DNA from: an uncultured Actinomycetota bacterium
GTDB taxonomy: Bacteria; Actinomycetota; Thermoleophilia; Gaiellales; Gaiellaceae
Direction of reading: 5' to 3'
Assembly (NCBI GenBank): GCA_963738895.1
Contig: CAVTYN010000014.1
Location: 147-64,146 of the forward strand
DNA: 64,000 nucleotides
Of this stretch, positions 17,153-24,923 are shown one piece after another. The notes beneath the pieces are model-generated. The model was not told the origin of the DNA, ran no database searches, and saw only the letters and a list, made by a program, of their open reading frames with translations. How positions within the stretch are numbered: position 1 is the stretch's first letter; the number at the start of each line of letters is the position of its first letter. Position numbers and translations under genes: made by a program.

Positions 17153-18706
17153 TTATTGGGGGCCGATGGTGAATGAAGCCTGCTCGGGAGTGGCGCCTTG
17201 AGCGGAGAGGAGCACGGTGAGCGTCTGTTGGGGCGCTCCGTTGGCGAGGCGGACGCCGAACCTGATGGGCGTCCCCGTGTGGGGTGAAAGGCTGACGAGG
17301 GGGCATGTGATGGTCTTTGCGCCGGTGCAGCCGGGGCCGCGTTCGTGGTAGGGAGGCCCGACGAGCTTCAGGCCGGGCGGGAGCTCGATCTTGAGCACGA
17401 CGTTGCCGTAGCCGTGGACGGAGTCAGCGTTTGTTGACCAGATGGTGAAATCCACCTCCTGACCGGGAAGGGCCGTCGTCGCCGAACCCTGAATCGAGAC
17501 CCCGAGGTACCGGGTCGGTGGCGACTCGCCAGGCTGCCGGCCGTAAGGGAACCAGGAAACTCCATACAGCACCCACCACGGAGCCATCCAGGCGACCACG
17601 AGGACCGCGCCCACCCAGCGGAACGACGGCCGCAGCTGTGTGAGCGCCGGGATGGCGATGACGAAGCTCATGACCACGCCGGACGTGACCCTCGACGACG
17701 CGTAGATGTCCTCGTACGGGGGCGCGGGGAGCAGAATGACGTACAGGAGCGCGTTCGCGGCGAGCGCCCACAGCCCGATGTCCCAGCGTCGGCGTATGAG
17801 CGCCCAGGCCGAGAGCGCAAGGCAGAGCACACCGGGCAGGACGATCGAGTACACCTCCCGGAGCGCGTCGCTGTTCCATGGGTAGTAGTGGGCGATGCCA
17901 CCGAAGGGGACCGACGTCGGCAGCTGCTGGTTGGGTATCCCAGGTCGCCCGAACCAGTCCCGCAGCAGCACCTCGCGGTAGAAGACGTACGGCAAGACGG
18001 CTCCCGCCGCGAAGGGCAGGGCGCGACGCACATTGCGGTCGCGAGCGGCTAACAGTCCTGCGCAGACGAGCGCGAAGATCACGGTGGTCTCGCGCGTCAG
18101 GATCGCGACGGCGAAAAGCGCCGCGCTCGCTACCAGGTCGCCGGGTCGAGCGCGGTCGAACAGTGCAACCGCGCACGCGGCGAGCGCGTATGCGAGCGCC
18201 TCTGACAGATCCCGCAGCACCGCGACGTAGATCCCTGGATACAGGGCGAAGATGAGCGCGTACCACGGCGATCGGCCGTGTCGGCACAGAAGCGTCGCGA
18301 GCGCGAAGGTGCCGAGGGCGACGGCGAACACGTTGATCGCTACGAGCACAAACGGGATCGCGTCTTGCTGTCCTAACGCGAGAGCGCGAGCAAGGAGCGG
18401 GTAGACGATCCTCCCGTAGCGGTAAGCCGGATCGTCGATATAGCTCTTCGCCCGGATCGGGTCCTGGGCCACGTAGAGGAAGTACTGGCCGTCATAGCCC
18501 GCCGGCGAGGTGGCGTGCGACCGGTCGGCGTTGATCGCCGGGCTGACGCTGCTCTGATGCGAGAACGTCGTGCCGATGAACGCGAAGTCGGTCATGCGAT
18601 GGTGAAGGCCGAAATGCGCATAGCCGACCCAGGCGGCGTAGATGACGAACACGCACCCAGCCACAACAAGTGGCGACGAGCGCACGACGAGGCGAGCCCT
18701 GACCAT
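17153..18706 (-). CDS. Polytopic membrane protein (GT-C-like glycopolymer-formation candidate) with a C-terminal DUF11-like beta-sandwich domain
   Basis: Intact 517-aa ORF with about 10 hydrophobic segments and a YDGQYFLYVAQDP motif in the first loop. The C-terminal ~120 aa read ALPGQEVDFTIWSTNADS..VVLKIELPPGLKLVG..CTGAKTITCPLVSLSP, which is DUF11-repeat-like. Confidence 0.55.
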   Translation of the reverse strand: MVRARLVVRSSPLVVAGCVFVIYAAWVGYAHFGLHHRMTDFAFIGTTFSHQSSVSPAINADRSHATSPAGYDGQYFLYVAQDPIRAKSYIDDPAYRYGRIVYPLLARALALGQQDAIPFVLVAINVFAVALGTFALATLLCRHGRSPWYALIFALYPGIYVAVLRDLSEALAYALAACAVALFDRARPGDLVASAALFAVAILTRETTVIFALVCAGLLAARDRNVRRALPFAAGAVLPYVFYREVLLRDWFGRPGIPNQQLPTSVPFGGIAHYYPWNSDALREVYSIVLPGVLCLALSAWALIRRRWDIGLWALAANALLYVILLPAPPYEDIYASSRVTSGVVMSFVIAIPALTQLRPSFRWVGAVLVVAWMAPWWVLYGVSWFPYGRQPGESPPTRYLGVSIQGSATTALPGQEVDFTIWSTNADSVHGYGNVVLKIELPPGLKLVGPPYHERGPGCTGAKTITCPLVSLSPHTGTPIRFGVRLANGAPQQTLTVLLSAQGATPEQASFTIGPQ

Positions 18707-18827
18707 CGGGCCGATTCTCTCGACTAGAGCGACACAGCGCGGGATCGGCCCGCCTCACTCGAAAGAACGGTCCTGTGCCCGAGCGTCCTCTCGCCTGATC
18801 GCCTCTCGCGCAGGTCGAGGGCCTCCG

Positions 18828-20096
18828 TCAAAGAGCCGCGAAGGAGACCAGCAGCTCGCGCGCGGCCGCGATGCCGAGTGGCACGTGCTCGACGAGCAGC
18901 CGCTCGTTCGGCGAGTGGACGTTCGAGTCCGGCAGGCCGAATCCGGTGATGACGGTGGCAATGCCCTTGTCGGCCAAGGCGGGCACGATCGGGAGCGTGC
19001 CACCGGAGCGCACGAGCGCCGGGCGCGCCCCGACCGCGCGCTCGAAGGCCTCGAGGCCGAGCTGGATCGCGCGGGCATCGGGACGCACGAGACCGGCCGG
19101 CGACGACGAGAGCTGCTCGATCTCGAGCGTCGCACCCTCGGGCGCGGCCTCGCGGAGAAGACGCTCGACCTCGGGGGCGATCTCACCGACCTCCTGCCCA
19201 GGGCCGAGGCGAATCGAGAGGTTGGCCGCCGCGACCACGGGCAGCACCGTCTTCTGGAGATAGGGCGAGCCGGAGTCGATGCCGTTCACGTCGAGCGCCG
19301 GCTCGACCACCGTGCGAAGGTAGAACTCCTCGATCGCGCGGGGGTCGGCGGGCAGTGCTCCCTGCGAGCCGAGCTCGTGGACGCCGCCCGGCAGCTCCGT
19401 CCAGCCGGCGAGCTCCGCGTCGGTCGGCGGGACGATGCCCTTGCGGAGCGGTTCGGCGAGCCGGCCGTCGCGAGCGACGATCCCCGCGATCATGATCGCG
19501 AGCGCGTGCGCGGCGTTCAGCGCCGCACCGCCGAAGACGCCCGAGTGCAGATCGCGCTCACCGGTACGGAGGGTCACGTGGAGATAGAGGAGACCGCGCG
19601 TCGAGACCACGAACACCGGCAGGCCCTTCCGGATCATGTCGACGTCGAAGATCACTGCCGCGTCCGCCCCGCGCTCGTCGGCGGCGAGGAAGTCGACGAT
19701 CGAGTGGCCGCCAACCTCCTCCTCCCCGTCGCAGCAGACCCGGACGTTCACCGGGAGCTCACCGGCCCGCGCGAGCTCGCGGGCGCCCGAGAGCAGCATG
19801 TAGAGCTGGCCCTTGTCGTCCACCGCGCCGCGGGCGTACAGATAGCCGTCGCGGATCTCGGGCTCGAACGGATCGCTCTCCCAGAGCTCGAGCGGCGCCG
19901 GCGGCTGCACGTCGAAGTGCCCGTACAGCATCACCGTCGGCGCGTCGCCACCGTGCGAGGCCCGGATCTCGCCGACGGTGAGCGGTGCGCCCTCCCAGTC
20001 GACGACCTCCGCCTCGCCGCCTGCTCCCCTCACGAATTCCGCGACCCACTCCGCCGCGCGCCCGACGTCGCCGGCGTGCGCCGGGTCGGCGCTCAC
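18828..20096 (-). CDS. M20-family metallopeptidase (dipeptidase/ArgE-DapE-like)
   Basis: The 422-aa ORF has LYGHFDVQP, ARGAVDDKG, CDGEEEVG and NVHSPNERL. Family-like sequence (LTRDRWDAWFDELAGFLRIPS) continues in frame upstream to ~20165 without any ATG/GTG/TTG, so the true start is unresolved. Confidence 0.88.
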   Translation of the reverse strand: MSADPAHAGDVGRAAEWVAEFVRGAGGEAEVVDWEGAPLTVGEIRASHGGDAPTVMLYGHFDVQPPAPLELWESDPFEPEIRDGYLYARGAVDDKGQLYMLLSGARELARAGELPVNVRVCCDGEEEVGGHSIVDFLAADERGADAAVIFDVDMIRKGLPVFVVSTRGLLYLHVTLRTGERDLHSGVFGGAALNAAHALAIMIAGIVARDGRLAEPLRKGIVPPTDAELAGWTELPGGVHELGSQGALPADPRAIEEFYLRTVVEPALDVNGIDSGSPYLQKTVLPVVAAANLSIRLGPGQEVGEIAPEVERLLREAAPEGATLEIEQLSSSPAGLVRPDARAIQLGLEAFERAVGARPALVRSGGTLPIVPALADKGIATVITGFGLPDSNVHSPNERLLVEHVPLGIAAARELLVSFAAL

Positions 20097-20181
20097 CGAC
20101 GGGATCCGGAGGAATCCGGCCAGCTCGTCGAACCAGGCGTCCCAGCGGTCGCGAGTCAGGGCTCGGGCAGCGCGAGTCGAC

Positions 20182-21153
20182 CTAAGCGACGTCGCGGAGC
20201 TTGTCCGCGTCGGCGAGGATGCGAAGCTTCTTCAGCGTGTGGTTCTCGATCTGCCGGACGCGCTCGCGGGTGACGTTGAACGCGCGGCCGACCTCGTCGA
20301 GCGTGCACGGAGCCTGGCCGTTCAGGCCGAAGCGGAGCTCGAGCACACGGCGCTCGCGGTCGCCGAGCTGGGCGAGCGCCTGCGCGAGCGCCTCGTCACG
20401 GAGCTTGAGGCCGGCGACCTCGTCGGGGAGCGGCTCGGACTCGTCCTCGATGAAGTGGCCGAACTCGGACTCCTCCTCGTCGCCGACCGGCTTCTCGAGC
20501 GAGACCGGCACCTGCGAGGTGCGACGGATCTGCTCCACCTCCTCGATCGGCATGTCGACCTCGCTCGCGATCTCGGCCGACGTCGGCTCGCGCGCGAGCG
20601 ACGCGCGGAGCTTCCGCTCGGCGCGGAGGATGCGGTTCAGCTTCTCGACGACGTGGACGGGCATGCGAATCGTCCGGCCCTTGTCGGCGAGCGCGCGCGC
20701 CACCGCCTGGCGGATCCACCAGGTGGCGTAGGTCGAGAACTTGAAGCCGCGCCGGTGGTCGAACTTCTCGGCGGCGCGGACGAGCCCGATCGTCCCCTCC
20801 TGGATCAGGTCGAGGAACGGGAGCCCCTGGTTGCGGTAGCGCTTGGCGATCGAGACGACGAGGCGGAGGTTCGCCTCGACCATCTCCTGCTTCGCGCGGT
20901 GATCGCCGCGCTCGATGCGCTTCGCGAGCTCGACCTCCTGCGCCGCCGTCAGCAGGTCGACCCTGCCGAGGTCCTTGAGGAAGAGCTGGAGCGAGTCGGT
21001 CGTGAGCTCGGCCTCGTAGGGCTCGATCTCCTCGTCCTCGATCTCCTCCGGGGGCCGCCCCGGCAGATCCTCGTCGAGCTCCTTGTCCTCGTCCGGCTCC
21101 GCCTCCTCGAGCTCTTCCTCGAGATAGGCGGCGCCGACCTCCTCCTCACCCAC
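20182..21153 (-). CDS. RNA polymerase sigma-70 factor, group 1/2 (RpoD/SigA-like), compact with an acidic N-terminus
   Basis: Intact 323-aa ORF. Region 2 is [56 protein letters not shown]. Region 3 follows, and region 4.2 is [28 protein letters not shown]. Confidence 0.93.
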   Translation of the reverse strand: MGEEEVGAAYLEEELEEAEPDEDKELDEDLPGRPPEEIEDEEIEPYEAELTTDSLQLFLKDLGRVDLLTAAQEVELAKRIERGDHRAKQEMVEANLRLVVSIAKRYRNQGLPFLDLIQEGTIGLVRAAEKFDHRRGFKFSTYATWWIRQAVARALADKGRTIRMPVHVVEKLNRILRAERKLRASLAREPTSAEIASEVDMPIEEVEQIRRTSQVPVSLEKPVGDEEESEFGHFIEDESEPLPDEVAGLKLRDEALAQALAQLGDRERRVLELRFGLNGQAPCTLDEVGRAFNVTRERVRQIENHTLKKLRILADADKLRDVA

Positions 21154-21222
21154 TCCGATTGTGTCCTCTCCGTCGTGCCTCGACCGCGACGGGCTGTTGT
21201 CTACCAGCCCCGCCGGACGGTG

Positions 21223-22059
21223 CTAGGACGCCGAGCCCTGCGAGGAGGCGATCCCGGCGAGGAACTTCGTCGCGGCCTTGCCGATCTCGGTCTTCGGGCC
21301 GAGCTTCACCGTCTTCTCGAACTGGTCGATCGCCTGCTGCCCCTGGGCCGTCCAGGCGAGGAGATAGCCGAGGTAGTAGTGGACGAGCTGGCTCTTCGGG
21401 AACCGCGCCGAGAGGGGGCCGAGGTTCGAGAACGAGGGGTTCAGGTTGTCCTCGTCGAAGAGGCCGACGGCTTTCGCGACGAGCGCCTCGACGTTGCCGG
21501 GCTGCCGCTTCGCCGCCTTCGCGAAGACGCGTTCCGCCGAGACCTGGCGCCCCTGCTGCTGGAGCCTCGAGCCCCGCTCGAGCAGCGTGTTTCGCTGGGA
21601 CGGGATGAAGACGGGATACGGGGGGCCGTCGGTCGGCTGGAAGAACTCCGGGTGGAGCAGATTGTCGGCGCGGCCCTGGATGATCGTGTTGCGGCCGAGC
21701 TTCTTGGCCTTCTCGAGGGCGCTCTGCGCGTCCGACGGGTACCCGGCCCAGAGGAGGGCGACCCCGCGGTAGTACTGGACGATCGCGCTCTTCTCGCGCG
21801 CGCCTGGGGTCGTCCCGCCCGAGTACTGGAGGCCGAGCCGCTGCATCGTCGAGATGCTCCCGTGCGGCCAATCGCGGAACGCGGTCTCGATCTGCTCGCC
21901 GAGCTTGCCCGAGAGGCCCTGCGGGACCGGCGGCTTGCCGGTCGCGGCCTGCGGCTGATGCGGCGTCGTCCGCGTGTCCAGCGTGAGACCGACGACGACG
22001 CCCGCCACGACCAGGGCGGCGGCTGCGACGGCGAGGTAGACGGAGGTGCGGGGCTGCAA
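21223..22059 (-). CDS. Membrane-anchored hypothetical protein with a TPR-like extracytoplasmic domain
   Basis: The ORF is open to 22131 but would then overlap the moeZ start. I prefer the TTG at 22059, which is preceded by GGGAAG. It has one TM segment (VYLAVAAAALVVAGVVVGL) followed by a helical-repeat-looking region. No function is recognised. Confidence 0.5.
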   Translation of the reverse strand: MQPRTSVYLAVAAAALVVAGVVVGLTLDTRTTPHQPQAATGKPPVPQGLSGKLGEQIETAFRDWPHGSISTMQRLGLQYSGGTTPGAREKSAIVQYYRGVALLWAGYPSDAQSALEKAKKLGRNTIIQGRADNLLHPEFFQPTDGPPYPVFIPSQRNTLLERGSRLQQQGRQVSAERVFAKAAKRQPGNVEALVAKAVGLFDEDNLNPSFSNLGPLSARFPKSQLVHYYLGYLLAWTAQGQQAIDQFEKTVKLGPKTEIGKAATKFLAGIASSQGSAS

Positions 22060-22123
22060 GGGGCTTCCCGAGAAAAGGTAGCCGCAGGGGAATGCGCGGG
22101 GCGCTACTATAGTTTTTGAAGGA

Positions 22124-23272
22124 ATGGCCACCTACAGGGAGCTTCTCAAGGAAGTAAAGGATCGCATCGTCGAGATCGACGCCCGCGAGGCGCAGGATCT
22201 CGAGGGTGCCGCGTGGATCGACGTTCGCGAGCAGGACGAGTGGGACGAGGGCCATCTCCCCGGCGCCGTCCACGTGCCGCGCGGGAACCTCGAGTCGCGG
22301 ATCGAAGGCGTGGTGCCCGACAAGACCACGCCGGTGGTGCTCTACTGCGCCTCCGCCGCACGCTCGGCCTTCGCGGCCGAGTCGCTGCTCGAGCTCGGCT
22401 ACGAGCGGCCGGTGTCGCTCGCCGGCGGCTATACGGAGTGGAAGCGCAACGGGCTCGAGATCGTGATCCCGAAGCAGCTCTCGCCCGAGCGGCGGGCGCG
22501 TTACTCGCGCCACCTCCTGATCCCGGAGATCGGCGAGGCCGGTCAGTTGAAGCTGCTCGACTCGAAGATCCTCCTGATCGGAGCCGGCGGGCTCGGCTCG
22601 CCCGCGTCGCTCTATCTCGCGGCCGCCGGCATCGGGCACCTCGGGATCATCGACGCCGACATCGTCGACGAGTCGAACCTGCAGCGTCAGATCGCGCACT
22701 CGCTGAACACCCTCGGCACGCCGAAGGTCGACTCCGCGAAGCGCGCGATCGAGGCTCTGAACCCGGACGTCGAGGTGACCACCTACCGCGAGCGGCTCAC
22801 GTCGGAGAACATCGACCGGATCCTCGACGACGGCTGGGACGTGATCGTGGACGGGGCCGACAACTTCCCCACCCGCTACCTCGTGAACGACGCGTCCGTG
22901 TGGCGGGGGATCCCTGTCGTCCACGGATCGATCTACCGGTTCGAGGGACAGGTGACCGTCTTCAAGCCGTTCGAGGGGCCGTGCTACCGCTGCCTCTATC
23001 CCTCGCCGCCGCCTCCCGAGCTCGCTCCGTCGTGCTCCGAGGGCGGGGTGCTGGGCGTGCTGCCCGGCATCGTCGGGACGCTCCAGACGAACGAGGCCCT
23101 GAAGCTCGCAGCGGAGATCGGCGAGCCACTGATCGGCCGGCTGCTCCTGTTCGACGCGCTCACCACCGACTTCACCGAGGTGAAGATCAGGCGCAACCCG
23201 GACTGCCCCGTCTGCGGCGAGCACCCGACCGTCACGGAGTACATCGATTACGTCGAGTTCTGCACGCGATGA
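22124..23272 (+). CDS. moeZ: MoeZ/MoeB-type E1-like adenylyltransferase/sulfurtransferase with an N-terminal rhodanese domain
   Basis: Intact 382-aa ORF. Residues ~1-115 are a rhodanese domain (WIDVREQDEWDEGHLPGAVHVP..LYCASAARS..GGYTEW). The ThiF domain follows (RYSRHLLIPEIGEAGQLKLLDSKILLIGAGGLGSPASLYLAAAGIGHLGIIDADIVDESNLQRQ). Two CxxC pairs are present (CYRC, CPVC). Confidence 0.9.
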   Translation: MATYRELLKEVKDRIVEIDAREAQDLEGAAWIDVREQDEWDEGHLPGAVHVPRGNLESRIEGVVPDKTTPVVLYCASAARSAFAAESLLELGYERPVSLAGGYTEWKRNGLEIVIPKQLSPERRARYSRHLLIPEIGEAGQLKLLDSKILLIGAGGLGSPASLYLAAAGIGHLGIIDADIVDESNLQRQIAHSLNTLGTPKVDSAKRAIEALNPDVEVTTYRERLTSENIDRILDDGWDVIVDGADNFPTRYLVNDASVWRGIPVVHGSIYRFEGQVTVFKPFEGPCYRCLYPSPPPPELAPSCSEGGVLGVLPGIVGTLQTNEALKLAAEIGEPLIGRLLLFDALTTDFTEVKIRRNPDCPVCGEHPTVTEYIDYVEFCTR

Positions 23273-23297
23273 GCGACGCCCCAGGCGGAGCCGGAAG

Positions 23298-23600
23298 TTG
23301 AGCGTCATCCGTGTTCCACCCGTCCTCCGTAACGAGGCGGGTGGCGCGCGCGAGGTCGAGGCCTCGGGAACGACGGTGAGGGAGGTGCTCGAGGATCTCT
23401 CCGCGCGCGTTCCCGAGCTCGGCGCGAAGGTCTACGACGGCTCGGAGATCCAGCCGTACGTGAACGTCTACGTCGACGGCGAGGACGTCCGGACGAACGG
23501 CGGTCTCGACGCACCCGTACGCGAAGGCGCCACGGTCGTCCTCCTGCCTGCAATGGCCGGCGGGGCCCGGAAATGGTCGCTGGTTCGCTGCTCGACCTGA
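23298..23600 (+). CDS. cysO: ThiS/MoaD-family sulfur carrier (CysO-like) with residues after the di-glycine
   Basis: TTG start. The beta-grasp-like sequence reads ..YVNVYVDGEDVRT..GATVVLLPAMAGG. The GG (23559-23564) is followed by 11 more codons (ARKWSLVRCST*) that overlap the cysM start by 28 nt. Confidence 0.8.
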   Translation: MSVIRVPPVLRNEAGGAREVEASGTTVREVLEDLSARVPELGAKVYDGSEIQPYVNVYVDGEDVRTNGGLDAPVREGATVVLLPAMAGGARKWSLVRCST

Positions 23601-24490
23601 TCGGGAACACACCGCTCGTCGAGCTGCCGCGGCTCTCGCCGCCCGGCGTCAAGATCTACGCGAAGCTCGAAGCGCAGAACCCGACCGGGTCGATCAAGGA
23701 CCGCGTCGCTCTGGCGATGGTGGACGCCGCAGGGCTCGAGCCGGGCGCCGAGCTCCTCGAGCCGACCTCGGGGAACACCGGGATCTCGCTCGCGCTGGTC
23801 GCGAAGCTACGCGGGCACAAGCTGACGTGTGTCATGCCCGCGAACGCGACCCCCGAGCGGCGGCTCGTGCTGAGGCTCTTCGGCGCCACGATCGTCGACT
23901 CGCCCGCCAACGAGGGGTCGAACGGGGCAGTACGCCTCGCCCAGCAGATGGCCGCCGCCGACCCGCGCTACACGATGCTCTTCCAGTACGCGAACGAGTC
24001 GAACCCGCGCGCGCACTACGAGGGCACGGGTGCCGAGATCGTTCGCGATCTGCCACGGGTCGATGCGCTCGTCGCCGGGCTCGGGACCGGCGGGACGCTC
24101 ATGGGCACGGGCGCGCGGCTGCGCGAGGCGTTCCCGGGCGTCGTCGTGGCGGCAGCCGAGCCGCTGCCCGGCGATCCCGTGATGGGGCTGCGGTCCCTCG
24201 AGGATGGCTATGTCCCGCCGATCCTCGACGTGTCGAAGCTCGACCGCAAGATCCTCGTCTCGAATGCCGAGTCGGTCGCGGCGGTGCATGCGCTGCTCGA
24301 GCGCGAAGGTATCTTCGCAGGGGTGTCGGCAGGAGCGGTCGTCCACGTGGCCCGGAAGCTCGCGGGCGAGCTGCCCGAGGGCTCGGTCGTCGTCGCGGTG
24401 CTCGCCGACGGGGGCTGGAAGTACCTCTCCGGCGACTTCTGGGATGCCGAGGACGTCGAGGGCTCGATGGAGGAGACGCTCTGGTGGTAG
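23573..24490 (+). CDS. cysM: PLP-dependent cysteine synthase, CysM type (CysO-thiocarboxylate/O-phosphoserine-dependent class)
   Basis: Intact 305-aa ORF with LIGNTPLVEL, KLEAQNPTGSIKDR (PLP lysine), EPTSGNTGISLA and GLGTGGTLMG. Confidence 0.92.
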   Translation: MVAGSLLDLIGNTPLVELPRLSPPGVKIYAKLEAQNPTGSIKDRVALAMVDAAGLEPGAELLEPTSGNTGISLALVAKLRGHKLTCVMPANATPERRLVLRLFGATIVDSPANEGSNGAVRLAQQMAAADPRYTMLFQYANESNPRAHYEGTGAEIVRDLPRVDALVAGLGTGGTLMGTGARLREAFPGVVVAAAEPLPGDPVMGLRSLEDGYVPPILDVSKLDRKILVSNAESVAAVHALLEREGIFAGVSAGAVVHVARKLAGELPEGSVVVAVLADGGWKYLSGDFWDAEDVEGSMEETLWW

Positions 24491-24856
24491 TCCCGGACGC
24501 GATCCGCGACGAACTGCACGCGCACGCCGCCGACGGACGCGCCGAACGAGTGCTGCGGCGTCATCGTCTTCCGCGACGGCGTCGCCGAGCGCTATGTCCG
24601 CGGTCGCAACCGGCTCGCCTCGCCGTACCGCTACGAGCTCGAGATCGACCCGGAGGTGTGGTTCCTGGAGGACGAGGGCTACGAGCTCGCCGTCTTCCAC
24701 TCCCATCCCGAGACCGAGCCGCGCCCCTCGCGCACCGATCGCGAGCTGTCGGGCCTGTGGGCCGGGAAGCCGTTCCTGATCTACGGCCTTGCGTTCGACG
24801 AGCTTCGCGCGTGGACGATCACGCGCGACGAGGCGGTCGAGCTCCCCCTCACCTGA
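24484..24856 (+). pseudogene. mec: JAMM/MPN+ metalloprotease Mec (CysO-cysteine hydrolase family), one frameshift
   Basis: The GTG at 24484 overlaps the cysM stop and gives VVPDAIRDELHAHAADGR. One extra nt follows (~24541). The rest reads PNECCGVIVF...VFHSHPETEPRPSRTD, a complete E...HxHx7Sx2D JAMM signature, ending at 24856. Confidence 0.85.
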
Positions 24857-24923
24857 GCAGCCTGCGTCCGCGCCGACAGCGCGTCACGCGACTTCCGGGC
24901 TCGGTTGTGAAAGGGTCCGGATC

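Noticed and set aside
16062-17306. 414-aa minus-strand ORF, and similar shadow ORFs at 31999..33549 (+), 33959..34906 (+), 45112..46347 (+), 46438..47601 (-), 48530..49633 (-) and 62368..63450 (-)
   Set aside because: Each is antisense to a well-supported gene and compositionally biased. None shows a motif I recognise.
18642-23308. Long shadow ORFs 18642..20273 (+), 19978..22119 (+) and 21146..23308 (-)
   Set aside because: All are antisense to clearly recognisable genes (M20 peptidase, sigma factor, TPR-like protein, moeZ). All have Arg/Asp/Glu/Leu-rich compositions without motifs.
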